A stretch of DNA of 50,479 nt from an uncultured Litorivicinus sp. (GTDB lineage: Bacteria > Pseudomonadota > Gammaproteobacteria > Pseudomonadales > Litorivicinaceae). The notes under the pieces are model-generated. The model made no database searches, was not told the DNA's origin, and saw only the letters and a program-made list of their open reading frames with translations. Every line of letters starts with the position of its first letter. The first letter of the stretch is position 1. Made by a program: the position numbers and the translations under genes. Shown here in pieces: positions 29,720-42,524 of this stretch. The stretch lies in assembly GCA_938091715.1 (NCBI GenBank), contig CALKMT010000123.1, positions 1 to 50,479 of the forward strand, written 5' to 3'.

Positions 29720-29734
29720 CGCAACATACCCTGC

Positions 29735-30352
29735 ATGACAAGGATTGAAGAACGCACCCTGGCGCTGGCTGGAATCGTGCAAGCCGCCTATTGGGTTGAC
29801 CGCCTCGCCACCACCGGCGAGTTGAGCAGCACCGACTTAGAAGCCTCGCTGGAAACCCTGTTTCAGTTCAATCCCGACACCACCGAACAGGCACTCGGCG
29901 GCAAGCTGGCCATGAATACCGGTTTACGCACGCTGATTCGCTTGATCGACTCTGGCGGCCAAGAGCCGGCGGCAGTGACTCGTTATTGGGTTTCGTTGAC
30001 GCATTTAGAGCGGCAGCTGGCCAAACGTGGCGACATGCTGTCGGTTATTGGCGAGCGGTTGCAAAGCGCTCAGCGTCAGCGTGCGCATTTCGACAGCCTG
30101 ACCAACGCCAGTGTCCTGGCCAATCTATCCCAGACGTACCAGGACACCCTGTCGACCTTTCGGTATCGCATCCAGGTTCAGGGCGATGCCAAGCATCTGC
30201 AATCCAACGGTGCCGCCGACAAGGTCCGCGCCCTGCTACTGGTTGGCATTCGGTGTTCGATGCTGTGGCACCAACTCGGGGGCCGGCGCTGGCATTTGCT
30301 GTTGCAACGGCAAAAATACGCCCAGGCCGCCCGACACCTGATGCAGGTCTGA
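29735..30352 (+). CDS. hflD: High frequency lysogenization protein HflD
   Basis: LALAGI.QA, RIQVQG, RALLL.GIR, WHQLGG.RW; mnmA-hflD-purB synteny. Confidence 0.92.
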   Translation: MTRIEERTLALAGIVQAAYWVDRLATTGELSSTDLEASLETLFQFNPDTTEQALGGKLAMNTGLRTLIRLIDSGGQEPAAVTRYWVSLTHLERQLAKRGDMLSVIGERLQSAQRQRAHFDSLTNASVLANLSQTYQDTLSTFRYRIQVQGDAKHLQSNGAADKVRALLLVGIRCSMLWHQLGGRRWHLLLQRQKYAQAARHLMQV

Positions 30353-30392
30353 TATACTCCGCGCCCTCTTTTTTGCTTCTGGAATGAGTTAA

Positions 30393-32764
<2,372 letters not shown>

Positions 32765-32794
32765 TCTGGCTATGCCCATCAACGCAGAGACCCC

Positions 32795-33217
32795 ATGATG
32801 ATTGCCATACAAGTCGGCCCCTGGAATGAGTTAGGTGCAGATGCCAAGGCCGTACGCACCAGTGTGTTTGTGTACGAGCAAGCCGTCAGTCCCGAGGACG
32901 AATGGGATGCCATGGACGCCGAGTGTCTGCACTTCGTCGCCCGGGACCGCGCGGGCAACGCCATTGGAACGGCGCGACTGTTGCCGGATGGGCACATTGG
33001 ACGAATGGCCGTGCTTGGCGCATTTCGCGGCCAGGGCATTGGTGACGCGCTGTTAAAGAGCGCGATCGATTCAGCCCGCCAGGCCGGACACAACCAAGCC
33101 ATTTTGAACGCGCAACTGACCGCACTGGGCTTTTATCAGCGCCATGGCTTTCAGGCCTATGGCCCGGTTTTCGACGATGCAGGCATCGATCACAAAGCGA
33201 TGAAACTCATCCTGTAA
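32795..33217 (+). CDS. GNAT family N-acetyltransferase (ElaA/YjcF-like)
   Basis: VFVYEQ, IGRMAV..RGQGIG, NAQ..FYQRHGF, F.DAGIDH. Confidence 0.88.
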   Translation: MMIAIQVGPWNELGADAKAVRTSVFVYEQAVSPEDEWDAMDAECLHFVARDRAGNAIGTARLLPDGHIGRMAVLGAFRGQGIGDALLKSAIDSARQAGHNQAILNAQLTALGFYQRHGFQAYGPVFDDAGIDHKAMKLIL

Positions 33218-33894
33218 TGCTGCTGCACATCGAGGTTGAGAACAGTTGGGCCTGGCCCCTGGTGGTGGCCAATCTGAGTGTCGCGGGAATCGCACTGTGG
33301 GCACTGATTTCAACCCGATTGCAGCGGGTCGCACTAACCGCCGATGCCTGGCCTTTGGGAATCATGGGGCTGGCTCAATTGGCCCTACCCCATATGGCCG
33401 GCGGCATTGTCGAAGGGTTGTCGTTTTATCCGCTGCTAACCGGACTGAGTGCCCTGATGTTTGGCTTCCGTTACAGCCTGCTGATTGCGCTGATGACCCA
33501 GGTGCTAAATGTCCTGGCCGGGCTTGGGCACTTTGACACCCTAGGGCTGTCAATTTGGGCCACGCATCTGATCCCAACGCTGTGGATTCTGACGTTTCTG
33601 GCCTTGGCACAGCGGGTGTGGCAGCGAAACTTATTCGTCTATGTGTTGGTCAACGGTTTCTTTGGCGCCGCCTTTGCTGTGGTGTTCACTCAGCTATTCT
33701 GCGTGCTCAGCCTGATGGCCCTGGGCGCATTCGAGTGGAGCTATCTGTCGCGGTATTTCTTACCCTTTGGCTTGATGATGACCTTTCCTGAGGGTTTTAT
33801 CACCGGGGCCTTTTTAACCATGTTGGTGCTGTACCGGCCCGAATGGCTGTACACCTTTCGCGATTCGGTTTACCAGATGTCCAAAGGGCCTTAG
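33217..33894 (+). CDS. Membrane protein, CbiM-like/ECF S-component-like family
   Basis: About 6 TM segments; NLFVYV..GFFGA, FPEGFITG, YRPEWL.TF.D; TAATG coupling. Confidence 0.7.
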   Translation: MLLHIEVENSWAWPLVVANLSVAGIALWALISTRLQRVALTADAWPLGIMGLAQLALPHMAGGIVEGLSFYPLLTGLSALMFGFRYSLLIALMTQVLNVLAGLGHFDTLGLSIWATHLIPTLWILTFLALAQRVWQRNLFVYVLVNGFFGAAFAVVFTQLFCVLSLMALGAFEWSYLSRYFLPFGLMMTFPEGFITGAFLTMLVLYRPEWLYTFRDSVYQMSKGP

Positions 33895-35621
33895 ATCGAC
33901 CAGTTAAACGCCCCACGATGGTCACTGCGATAGGGGAAGAAGTCCATCAGGTGCCCCTCTTTAATGGCCTGCTGCGTCGACTGCCACCACTTGGGATCAA
34001 AGATCTCGGGGTGCAAGCGCTGGAAGATCTCACGGGGGCGCTTGTCGGTGAACAGAAACGTTGGAAACTCTTCAGGAAATACGTCATTGACCCCGACGGA
34101 ATACCAGGGCTCCGCGGCCATTTCCTGCTCCGGCGTCATGGCCACCGGCACCTTGCGGAAATTCACCTCGGTCAGATACACGATCTCGTCGTAGTCGTAA
34201 AACACCACCCGCCCGTGACGGGTCACACCAAAGTTTTTCAGCAGCATGTCCCCGGCAAAAATATTCGCCGCGGCCATTTGTTTAATGGCCCAGCCATAAT
34301 CGTCCAGTACCGGCTCCCAGGTATCCTCGGGCGCGTCGTTCAACCAAATATTCAGCGGCGTCATTCGGCGCTCGGTGTAGCAGTGACGAATGATGACCTC
34401 GTCGCCGTCGAATTCGATCGAGCTGGCACAGGTGGCCTGCAGTTCAGCCAGCAACGCGTCGTCAAATCGGTCCCGTGCAAAACGCAGGTTAAAGAACTCT
34501 TGGGTGTCCGCCATTCGGCCGACTCGGTCGTGTACCTTGACTAACTGATACGAGCGTTTGACCGCGTCCCGGCTCATCATTTTGCTGGGGCCAAATTTGT
34601 CTTTGATCAGCTTAAAGACCACCGGCAAGCTGGGCAGAGTAAACACGGCCATCACCAATCCGCGAATGCCCGGGGCCTCGACGAACGCATCGTCGGTCTG
34701 GCCTAGGTGCGATTTCAGATCCCGAATCAGCTGCGTCTTGCCGTGTTTGTAAAAGCCGATAGAGGTGTACAGCTCGTGGCGCGCCTTGTCCGGCATCATG
34801 CCCTGCAAAAAGTCGACAAACTCGGCAGGCATCGGTACGTCGACCATGAAATAAGCCCGGGTAAAGCTGAAGATCACCGAGGCCTGATCCGAATCCATCA
34901 CCACTGCATCCACTCGGATTTGGCCCTCGTCGTTCACCAAGGCGATCACCAGGGGAATAACCTGCCCATCGGAGACGAATCGACCCACAATGTAGGCCCC
35001 TTTGTTGCGATAGAAAACGCTCTTTAGCGTTTCTAAGCGGGCATCAATTCCCGCCATCATGTCCTGTGAAACGTGGGTCTCAAGGGTTTTGACCAAACGC
35101 GCCCGGTCCCGACTGCGCGCGGCATAGGGCAGATCAAAGGCATAATCGTCTAGCAACTGATCAAAGGCGTCGTCAGGGCCACGGCTCAGGCCGTACTGCA
35201 TGGCGATGCCCTGGCTTGAGGTCCCCTGCAACATGCCACTGAACCAGGAATCCAAGAACGCCAGATCGTCGGCCTGGGTACGGTGGTCAAACAGGCGGCC
35301 AAAAATCGAGTTGAAAAAGGTCTCGGCCAGCTCGGGGTCCGTGCGCTCGCTGATCATCGTTAGGTACAGGGCGCGAGTCTCGCGCCAGACCGAAACGCTG
35401 AGATTTTCGCTACCGACCCGAGAGCGCAGGGTGTCAGAGACGTCTTTGACACTGCTTTCGTAAAGCTCAATCCGGTCGGCCGCGGCTTGTTGTACGCCAC
35501 TCCAGTCCTGGCGAGAAAAACGATCCGGCGCACCCAGCGTGATTTTCACGAATTGATGACGATAAGACGCAAAACCGTCCAAGATCGTTTGTGCCACTTG
35601 GCGAGGGGAAAATAAACGCAC
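33891..35621 (-). CDS. aceK: Bifunctional isocitrate dehydrogenase kinase/phosphatase
   Basis: AETFFNS, FYRNKGAY, APGIRGLVM, FKLIKD.F, HDRVGRMADTQEF, GDMLLKNFGVTRHGRVVFYDYDE; GTG 35621 after SD AAGGA. Confidence 0.95.
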   Translation of the reverse strand: MRLFSPRQVAQTILDGFASYRHQFVKITLGAPDRFSRQDWSGVQQAAADRIELYESSVKDVSDTLRSRVGSENLSVSVWRETRALYLTMISERTDPELAETFFNSIFGRLFDHRTQADDLAFLDSWFSGMLQGTSSQGIAMQYGLSRGPDDAFDQLLDDYAFDLPYAARSRDRARLVKTLETHVSQDMMAGIDARLETLKSVFYRNKGAYIVGRFVSDGQVIPLVIALVNDEGQIRVDAVVMDSDQASVIFSFTRAYFMVDVPMPAEFVDFLQGMMPDKARHELYTSIGFYKHGKTQLIRDLKSHLGQTDDAFVEAPGIRGLVMAVFTLPSLPVVFKLIKDKFGPSKMMSRDAVKRSYQLVKVHDRVGRMADTQEFFNLRFARDRFDDALLAELQATCASSIEFDGDEVIIRHCYTERRMTPLNIWLNDAPEDTWEPVLDDYGWAIKQMAAANIFAGDMLLKNFGVTRHGRVVFYDYDEIVYLTEVNFRKVPVAMTPEQEMAAEPWYSVGVNDVFPEEFPTFLFTDKRPREIFQRLHPEIFDPKWWQSTQQAIKEGHLMDFFPYRSDHRGAFNWSI

Positions 35622-35769
35622 AGCTAATCCTTTGAGTACTGTCCTGAACCCTACCAAGGAGCACAAGACTCGTGAAATCCCGACCAAAGTCCATGCCTGG
35701 GACAAGGGTGCCTGTCGGTGCAGTCCCCAACGTGGTTATAACAAGGATTCCCTAACCGAGGACCTAATC

Positions 35770-36630
35770 ATGGAAGCCACTGGATTTGATGTGAGTGCTT
35801 TTTCGACAAATTACTTGGCGCCTTTCGCCATAAACCTGCTGGTCGCCAGCATCATCTTTGTGTTGGGTCGCTGGCTGGCCGGGGCACTGCGGTCCCTGAC
35901 CTCGCGTTTACTGTGCCGCAAGGCCGATGCCGATCCAATGCTGATTTCATTCATCAGCAGCATTGTGTACGGCTTGGTGCTAACGGTGGTGGTGATCGCT
36001 GCGCTGGGCCGACTGGGCGTGCAAACCGCCTCCCTGGTCGCAGTGGTGGGTGCGGCCGGCTTGGCGATTGGCTTGGCCTTGCAGGGCTCACTGGCGAACT
36101 TTGCCGCAGGCGTCATGCTGTTGATTTTCAAACCCTTTCGCCAAGGAGACTTCGTCGAGGCCGGGGGCAGCAGCGGCGTGATCGAGACGATCGGCATTTT
36201 CTCGACCACCCTGCGTAGCGGCGACAACCGCCAGATCATCGTGCCCAATGGCGGTATCTATGGCGGTACCATTACCAACTATTCGGCCAAGGACACCCGG
36301 CGCATCGACCTCACCTTTGGCATCAGCTATTCAGCGGACATCCTAAAAGCCAAAGAGGTGTTGAGCGATTTAATTCAGACCGATCCCCGCATCCTGCGCG
36401 ACCCGGAACCGGTCATTGCCGTGGGCAATTTAGGCGACAGTTCGGTGGATTTGGTGGTGCGTCCTTGGGTGGCGACCGCCGACTATTGGGCTGTCATGTT
36501 CGACTTGAATGAGCGGATCAAGATGGCCTTTGACCAACATGGGATCGACATTCCCTTTCCCACGATGGACATCAAGCTGCCTGAGGTTGCTCACATGGGC
36601 CTTGCCAAGGCGCAGCGCGAGGAAGCCTAA
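35770..36630 (+). CDS. mscS: Small-conductance mechanosensitive channel MscS
   Basis: GAAGLAIGLALQGSLANFAAG, PFRQGD, IIVPN, IDIPFP; SD GAGG. Confidence 0.9.
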   Translation: MEATGFDVSAFSTNYLAPFAINLLVASIIFVLGRWLAGALRSLTSRLLCRKADADPMLISFISSIVYGLVLTVVVIAALGRLGVQTASLVAVVGAAGLAIGLALQGSLANFAAGVMLLIFKPFRQGDFVEAGGSSGVIETIGIFSTTLRSGDNRQIIVPNGGIYGGTITNYSAKDTRRIDLTFGISYSADILKAKEVLSDLIQTDPRILRDPEPVIAVGNLGDSSVDLVVRPWVATADYWAVMFDLNERIKMAFDQHGIDIPFPTMDIKLPEVAHMGLAKAQREEA

Positions 36631-36634
36631 GCCG

Positions 36635-37252
36635 CTAGCCGGCGTTCCATTCCGGGAGGTCTTGGCCCGCCAGCCATTGCGTCTCGGCTAGGGTGTCGGC
36701 CCGCCCCAGTAGTTCGTTGCGCAGGGTCAGGCGATCAAAACGCTGCAACTGATCGGTTTGCAGCGCGTTCAGTCGCAGGCACTGCGCCTGCTTCGGGCTC
36801 GGCGGCAGTTGGCTCAGAAACTCCGCGGCCAGGTCTTGATCGTTCAAGGATTCAGAGCGCAACAAAGGCATGAGCACAGCGATTTTCTGCTCGCCTGAGA
36901 GCGGCTCAAAATACCCCCGGCGCCAACCGCTGCGTGCCAATCGAATTGCTCGCTCGTCGCCGGCCAAAGATTGCACCTGACCGCGCCACGCGTGGCGAGG
37001 CAATTGATCCAGCAGGATGATCAATGCCAGGCGCGATTCGCTCTCGCTTTCCCAGTCCTTTAACCCCCCAGCCAGGGCCTTGGTCAGTGCGGGTCCAAAC
37101 AGGCGTGAGACCTCAGAATCCCAATCAGGGCCTAGCCCCAACCAGGGTCGATGGAGGGTCTGAGTCGTTATCGAATCGCCGGATGGGGAAAACCAAAAAT
37201 CGAGAACGGCCCGGGGCTGAATGTCGGGCACCAGTGCTGCTGAACTAAGCAT
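36635..37252 (-). CDS. DUF924 family protein
   Basis: VLDFWF, LALIILLDQLPR, MPL.RSESL.DQ, RNELLGR. Confidence 0.78.
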   Translation of the reverse strand: MLSSAALVPDIQPRAVLDFWFSPSGDSITTQTLHRPWLGLGPDWDSEVSRLFGPALTKALAGGLKDWESESESRLALIILLDQLPRHAWRGQVQSLAGDERAIRLARSGWRRGYFEPLSGEQKIAVLMPLLRSESLNDQDLAAEFLSQLPPSPKQAQCLRLNALQTDQLQRFDRLTLRNELLGRADTLAETQWLAGQDLPEWNAG

Positions 37253-37298
37253 CGCGGCATTATTTCATGCCTAGCTTGTTTGGCTATTCGTCCTTAGG

Positions 37299-38042
37299 TT
37301 AAGGCTGAAAACCCGTCAGAGTGACCGCCTCACGGCCGGTGGCCCCAAGGTTACGCACACGAATGGGCAGGCCCTGCAACAGCTGACTCAGGCGCGCGCT
37401 CAATGCCTCGGCCCGGCGATTTAATTCGCCCACGGGCTGATCGCCCCCGGTCTCGACCTGAAGCACCCAGTCAAGCTCAGGCTGAGCCTGGACTCGCGCG
37501 CGCAAAGCCGGTTGATCCAACAGGCCCGGGGATTTCGGGTCAACCGACAAGGCCAGGGCAACCCCGACGCTGGCCTGAGCGTCCACCACCCGTTCTAGAT
37601 GGGCGTAAATCTCTTGGTTGCCTCGCTCGATCACGTACAGCGTCTGCCAGCCCCCGGGGAGGGCCACCGCCTGATAGCGCTGAAATCGATCCCGTCCGTA
37701 CAACTGTCGGATTCCGTATAGGTTGTTGGCCCACAAATTCGAGCGGCCACAGGCCCGTGCCTCGCACTCAAACGCAGGCTGCGTTTGTTTGAGCTGAGTA
37801 AACACTGAGTCCACATCGCTGTCCCTCGGCATTTTCAGGGTCAGACGTTCCCGGGTACCCGACAGCACCTCGACACGGTCCACACGAATATCCCGGCCCG
37901 AGTCCTGCAAGGCGCTTAATGGAACCCGGTAGTCCTCGACCGCGGAGCTGGAGCGCTCCACGACTTGTGCCCGTGGCGGCAAATCAAGGTTAAACGCCCA
38001 AGCGGGCGTCGCGAGTAGCGCCATCAACGAGAATAATTTCAT
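37299..38042 (-). CDS. Exported DUF4892-type protein
   Basis: Signal peptide (PAWA); FEC.ARACG.SNLWAN, LYG..QRY, RGN. Confidence 0.72.
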   Translation of the reverse strand: MKLFSLMALLATPAWAFNLDLPPRAQVVERSSSAVEDYRVPLSALQDSGRDIRVDRVEVLSGTRERLTLKMPRDSDVDSVFTQLKQTQPAFECEARACGRSNLWANNLYGIRQLYGRDRFQRYQAVALPGGWQTLYVIERGNQEIYAHLERVVDAQASVGVALALSVDPKSPGLLDQPALRARVQAQPELDWVLQVETGGDQPVGELNRRAEALSARLSQLLQGLPIRVRNLGATGREAVTLTGFQP

Positions 38043-38073
38043 ACCCCGTTAGTGGGCATGGCGAGGGCGTTGT

Positions 38074-38883
38074 TCAATGGACTTGATTGAACCAATCGGC
38101 CAGGGCGTGGACCTGCTCAGGATCCAAATGAACGTGATGATCGCCGGCGAGTTCCCTGACTTGGATGTCCTTGATCCAGGCAGTGCGCCGCTCCAGCATG
38201 GGACTGCGATACAACATTCCACGGTCCGCCACGGCCAGCCGGACCGGACAATCAATCGATTGCAAACAGGACTGAACTTGCTGCTCGGTCATTTTTAGGG
38301 CGCTGGGATGGCGTAACTTAGGATCCGCACGCCAGACATAACCGCCCTCGACCGGAGCCATTCCCCGTTCAATCACCGGATAAATGGCATCCGCCGCAAC
38401 CGGCGACACGCCCTTTTCCGAGCGAACCCGAGCCGCCACTTTTAAGCTGGGGTAAGGGCGTGGCGAGCGTTGGGGTTGATTAGCCATGGCCGCTCGTCGG
38501 ATTTGGTCCCGCGCATTCAGATGCAACTCTGTCCAAGGGCCCAGCCCTTCGATCAAATCCACCGAGCGCGTCCATTCGGGGAAGCAACCGGCAAACAGAC
38601 AGGCAATGCCTGCGCCCATCGAATGCCCCAGCAAATGCACCGGTTGACCCAGCTCGCTGACAATGCCCAGTAGGTCGCTAACAGAATCCCAAATATGATA
38701 GCCGCCGAGCACGTGCTCAGAGTGCCCGTGGCCACGCAAATCTAAGGCCATCACCTGGCCCGTCAATAACGGAGCAAGGCGAGTCCAGGTAGCCGCGTTA
38801 TCCAACCAGCCGTGCAAGGCCAGCCGGGGCTCGCCATTGCCCCAACTCAATCCAGCGATCGCAGGCTGGCGCTCAGAAAACAC
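38074..38883 (-). CDS. Alpha/beta hydrolase
   Basis: LHGWLDNA, GHGHS, GHSMGA, GDHHVH; GTG 38883 coupled to the sixA stop (TAGTG). Confidence 0.88.
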   Translation of the reverse strand: MFSERQPAIAGLSWGNGEPRLALHGWLDNAATWTRLAPLLTGQVMALDLRGHGHSEHVLGGYHIWDSVSDLLGIVSELGQPVHLLGHSMGAGIACLFAGCFPEWTRSVDLIEGLGPWTELHLNARDQIRRAAMANQPQRSPRPYPSLKVAARVRSEKGVSPVAADAIYPVIERGMAPVEGGYVWRADPKLRHPSALKMTEQQVQSCLQSIDCPVRLAVADRGMLYRSPMLERRTAWIKDIQVRELAGDHHVHLDPEQVHALADWFNQVH

Positions 38884-39320
38884 TATTGGGGACAAAAGGT
38901 CTGCTCCATTGTCATCCAATCTGCCGCCAACCAGTCGCCCGTTAGGACAAATACCGCTCCGGTCGGCACACTGGGCTGCTGCAAGCTCCAGCGATATACC
39001 AAGCGACCCAGAATCGGTTGATGAAAGCACACCAGGTAACCCTCAAACTCACGTAACGCCGACTCGGCCCTCTCGGGCAAGCTGTCTGGCGTCAGCGCCT
39101 GTTCCGTGGTGACACTTAGGCCCAGTCCGGCCGCACAGATGTGCGCAGTTTGTTGAGCGCGCAGATAAGGACTCGCCACAATGCCTTGGATCGGCCACGC
39201 GGATTGGCGCAACCAATCCAAGCTTTGTTGGACTTCGGCTCGGCCCCGCACCGACAGCGGTCGCAGCGCATCGCTGGGCGCCTGGTGTTCCGCCTCGCCA
39301 TGGCGCATTAGCACAATCAT
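38883..39320 (-). CDS. sixA: Phosphohistidine phosphatase SixA
   Basis: MRHGEA, D..RPL, SPYLRAQQTA, HQP. Confidence 0.88.
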   Translation of the reverse strand: MIVLMRHGEAEHQAPSDALRPLSVRGRAEVQQSLDWLRQSAWPIQGIVASPYLRAQQTAHICAAGLGLSVTTEQALTPDSLPERAESALREFEGYLVCFHQPILGRLVYRWSLQQPSVPTGAVFVLTGDWLAADWMTMEQTFCPQ

Positions 39321-39402
39321 TTAAATCCATCCCAAACACATCGGTGTGACAATGCATTAGACTCGACTGCCATCTCAAGTCGACAATCAAATAAGGTGCT
39401 AC

Positions 39403-40215
39403 ATGCGCATTGTCTCGTTCAACATTAATGGCGTCCGTGCCCGCCCACATCAGGTCGAGGCCGTGGTGTCCGAATTGCAACCCGACGTTATTGGTTTTCA
39501 AGAAACCAAGGTCCACGACGATCAGTTCCCGTTCGAGACGTTTGAACACCTGGGCTACCACATGGACATCCACGGCCAAAAAGGCCACTACGGCGTAGCC
39601 ATGTTCTCCAAGCACAAGCCCTTAGCCGTTCGTAAAGGCTGGATCACCGACGACGAGGATGCGCAAAAACGCATGATCATGGCGGATTATCCCATGGCCG
39701 ATGGGCGGGTATTGACCGTGATGAACGGCTACTTTCCCCAGGGCGAGGCGCGCAAACACGAGACCAAATTCCCGGCCAAAGAAAAATTCTATGCCGATCT
39801 GATGGCGGAACTGGATTCACGCGGCACGGACAACCCCGTCGTGGTCATGGGGGATTTTAATATCTCGCCTGCGGACATCGACATCGGTATCGGCGAGCCC
39901 AATCGCCTGCGCTGGCTAAAGCAAGGCAAGTGCAGCTTTTTGCCCGAGGAGCGCGAGTGGTACGACGCCGTTAAAGGCCGCGGACTGGTCGATGCTTGGC
40001 GCGTGCTGCACCCGACCAAAGACGACAAGTTCAGCTGGTTTGACTATCGCAGTCGCGGCTTTGAAGACGACCCCAAGCGCGGCCTTAGAATTGATCATCA
40101 CCTGGTCAGTCAATCCATCGCCGACAAGATTACCGATGCGGGTATCAGCTATTCGATCCGTGGCATGGAAAAGCCCTCGGATCACTGCCCAATTTGGATT
40201 GACCTGGACGTTTAA
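39403..40215 (+). CDS. xthA: Exodeoxyribonuclease III
   Basis: [37 protein letters not shown]. Confidence 0.96.
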   Translation: MRIVSFNINGVRARPHQVEAVVSELQPDVIGFQETKVHDDQFPFETFEHLGYHMDIHGQKGHYGVAMFSKHKPLAVRKGWITDDEDAQKRMIMADYPMADGRVLTVMNGYFPQGEARKHETKFPAKEKFYADLMAELDSRGTDNPVVVMGDFNISPADIDIGIGEPNRLRWLKQGKCSFLPEEREWYDAVKGRGLVDAWRVLHPTKDDKFSWFDYRSRGFEDDPKRGLRIDHHLVSQSIADKITDAGISYSIRGMEKPSDHCPIWIDLDV

Positions 40216-41078
40216 CGCTTTGACGCCGGCCATTGCTGCGACAAGGCAGCAATGTGCTCGACGCCAATTCCACAACATCCACCCAGAATAGTCGCGCCTA
40301 ATTCGGCCCAGCGCTTGGCGTATTCCAGATAGATCGCCGGACTGATGTCCTTGCGCTCTTGCAGGACATCCACCGTGCCACCCACCTGCAACGCATCCAC
40401 ACTGACAAAGGCATTGCCGTAGGCACCAAATTCGACGCCTAACCCGCGGATACTGGGTAGGTTTGCGTCGATGGCCTCGGGCGACGCGCAGTTCAGCAAA
40501 ATCGCCTCGGCTCCCTGATCGACCAGCCGTTCGGCGACCTCGCGCAGAGGCTCACCGGATCTCAGCAGTCCAGCCTGAGTCTCGCTGGGAACCAGAGATA
40601 CCCACACCGGGCGATCCACTTCCAGCGCGGCCTCAAGGGCGGCTGAGGCCTCGCGATAGGTCGGCAGCGTTTCCGCCAAAAACCCATCCACCGCCGCGGC
40701 CTGCAGGCCGACCAGTATCCGATATTCGGCCACCGCAGCCGCTCGGTCCGGTGCTAAGTCCGCGCGATAACTGGCCACCAGCGGAGGCAAGCACCCCAGC
40801 ACACGAGTGCCCTCGGTTGCCGCGTCTTGGGCGGCTTGGATGGCTGTCGCATGGCAGGCCTCTAGCCAACCCGGTTGACCGTCCCGGGCCATCCGCGTGG
40901 GCGTTGCGGTGTAAGTGTTCAAGGTGATTCCCCGGGCTCCAGCGCGGACAAAATCTTGGTGTACCTGACGCACCAACTCGGGCTGTTCTAACATCGTTTT
41001 AACTGACCACAGCGGATGCGCGGGCTGGCCGCAACGCTTTACCAATTCGTGGCCCAGGCCACCATCCAAGATAAACAC
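40212..41078 (-). CDS. Homocysteine S-methyltransferase family protein
   Basis: ILDGG, AET, LLNC, GGCCG Zn ligands; GTG 41078 coupled to the regulator stop (TAGTG); alternative start 41090. Confidence 0.88.
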   Translation of the reverse strand: MFILDGGLGHELVKRCGQPAHPLWSVKTMLEQPELVRQVHQDFVRAGARGITLNTYTATPTRMARDGQPGWLEACHATAIQAAQDAATEGTRVLGCLPPLVASYRADLAPDRAAAVAEYRILVGLQAAAVDGFLAETLPTYREASAALEAALEVDRPVWVSLVPSETQAGLLRSGEPLREVAERLVDQGAEAILLNCASPEAIDANLPSIRGLGVEFGAYGNAFVSVDALQVGGTVDVLQERKDISPAIYLEYAKRWAELGATILGGCCGIGVEHIAALSQQWPASKR

Positions 41079-42424
41079 TAGGCGTCCCAACGCAGGGGAA
41101 TGCGTGTGCGCTGATCAATGTCCGCCTCGGGAGACTGACCAATCGGCGGAAAGGCCCGTTGAGGGCAGTTCGAGCGCAAGCAGTGTCGGCAACCCGGGCC
41201 AATTTCGACCCGCCCCTGTGGACCGCTCATGTTCAAGCCGTCGGCATACACAATGGATGCAGCATGCTGAGCTTCGCAGCCAATTCCCACCGAGAACCTG
41301 CGTGCCGGATCGCCATATCGAGGGCCTGCCTTGATGACCGCCTGAGCCAGGCACAGCCACTCACGCTCATCTGGCGTGACCACACGCTGGACCAGAATTT
41401 GATCGGGGCGGGTCAGAGCCTCGTGCACGTTCCATAACGGACACGCGCCGCCTTGCCGAGCAAAGTGAAAGCCAGCGGGCGCCTGCCGCTTCATAATTTG
41501 GCCCGCGGAATCGACCCGTACAAAGTAGAACGGGACCCCTTTGTTGCCGGGGCGCTGCAGGGTCGACAAGCGATGCGACGCCGACTCAAACGAGACGTTA
41601 AACGCCCGCTGTAACCGCTCCAGATCGTATCGTTCGGATCGGGCCTGGGCCAAAAATTCGCCATAGGGCATCACCAACGCGCCGGCAAAGTAATTAGCCA
41701 AGCCAATACGCAGGACATCGTCCGCCCCCGGGCTCTCAAGTTGTGCCGAACGAACAATGTCCTCGACCAGCCCCGCCTGGGTCTGCCACATCAATAACTG
41801 CGCCAATTGAAACGCGCGTTGGGGGCCGGATAGCCAGCGGCCGATCTGCGCCTGCTTGGTCTGTCGATCAAATCGACGTGCGATATTGGGGTCATCGACC
41901 CAACTGACGTGGATGCCAAACCGCCGCAAGTACCCCACCAGATCCCGATCCATTTCGGCAAAGCGCAGGCCAGCGTCGTAGAACAGGTCTTCTGCTGCTC
42001 GGTCCAGGGCCTCGATGTGGTTATCCTGCAAATAGAACCAGTCCCCAATTTCGACATAGGCGTCCTGGTGGGACTGGGCTGGGGACGGCGGTGCCGGCAA
42101 CTCTAGGCTGGCCAACTCGGGGAAAACCCCCAGCGCCCGGCGGAAACGTGCCTGAGCGTCTGAATCTAGGCCTCGGGGGAACAAGGCACGCTGAAGATGC
42201 TCCATCTGGGCCTGACCGGGCAACCTAAGATCGTCCAGATCCAATCCAATTTCACGTTTAAGTCCGCTCGACACTCGATTGGAAACCGGACGAACGTCAT
42301 TTTCGATCTGATTTAGATAGGCCGGTGAAATCTGGATACGCGCTGCCAGCGCCCGCTGGGTTAACCCCAACAGCTCCCGTTGGCTCCGAATGAAGGCGCC
42401 TGCAAAGGTTCCGGACTGCGACAT
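41078..42424 (-). CDS. Short-chain fatty acyl-CoA regulator (ScfR: PccR/PrpR/RamB family)
   Basis: XRE HTH (ISPAYLNQIENDVRP), LANYFAGALVMPY, HRLSTLQRP, GGACPLWNVH, GPGCRHC..CPQRAFP Fe-S motif. Confidence 0.92.
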   Translation of the reverse strand: MSQSGTFAGAFIRSQRELLGLTQRALAARIQISPAYLNQIENDVRPVSNRVSSGLKREIGLDLDDLRLPGQAQMEHLQRALFPRGLDSDAQARFRRALGVFPELASLELPAPPSPAQSHQDAYVEIGDWFYLQDNHIEALDRAAEDLFYDAGLRFAEMDRDLVGYLRRFGIHVSWVDDPNIARRFDRQTKQAQIGRWLSGPQRAFQLAQLLMWQTQAGLVEDIVRSAQLESPGADDVLRIGLANYFAGALVMPYGEFLAQARSERYDLERLQRAFNVSFESASHRLSTLQRPGNKGVPFYFVRVDSAGQIMKRQAPAGFHFARQGGACPLWNVHEALTRPDQILVQRVVTPDEREWLCLAQAVIKAGPRYGDPARRFSVGIGCEAQHAASIVYADGLNMSGPQGRVEIGPGCRHCLRSNCPQRAFPPIGQSPEADIDQRTRIPLRWDA

Positions 42425-42494
42425 TCGCAAATGTTAACAATAAACATGAGCATTAGCTAACTTAAATTCGCACCGCTTAGGGCTTCCTGCGAAA
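42424..42494. promoter_or_regulatory. Candidate ScfR-binding half-sites (TTCGCAAA, TTAGCTAA, TTCGCA, TGCGAAA)
   Basis: Variants of the TTTGCAAA motif described for PrpR/RamB/PccR, in the divergent promoter region. Confidence 0.45.
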
Positions 42495-42524
42495 CTGGCT
42501 CCAACAATTGACAAGGATCCGTCC

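Noticed and set aside
39363-39383. TCGACT-N9-AGTCGA inverted repeat upstream of xthA
   Set aside because: Only a 6-bp stem; cannot be distinguished from chance.
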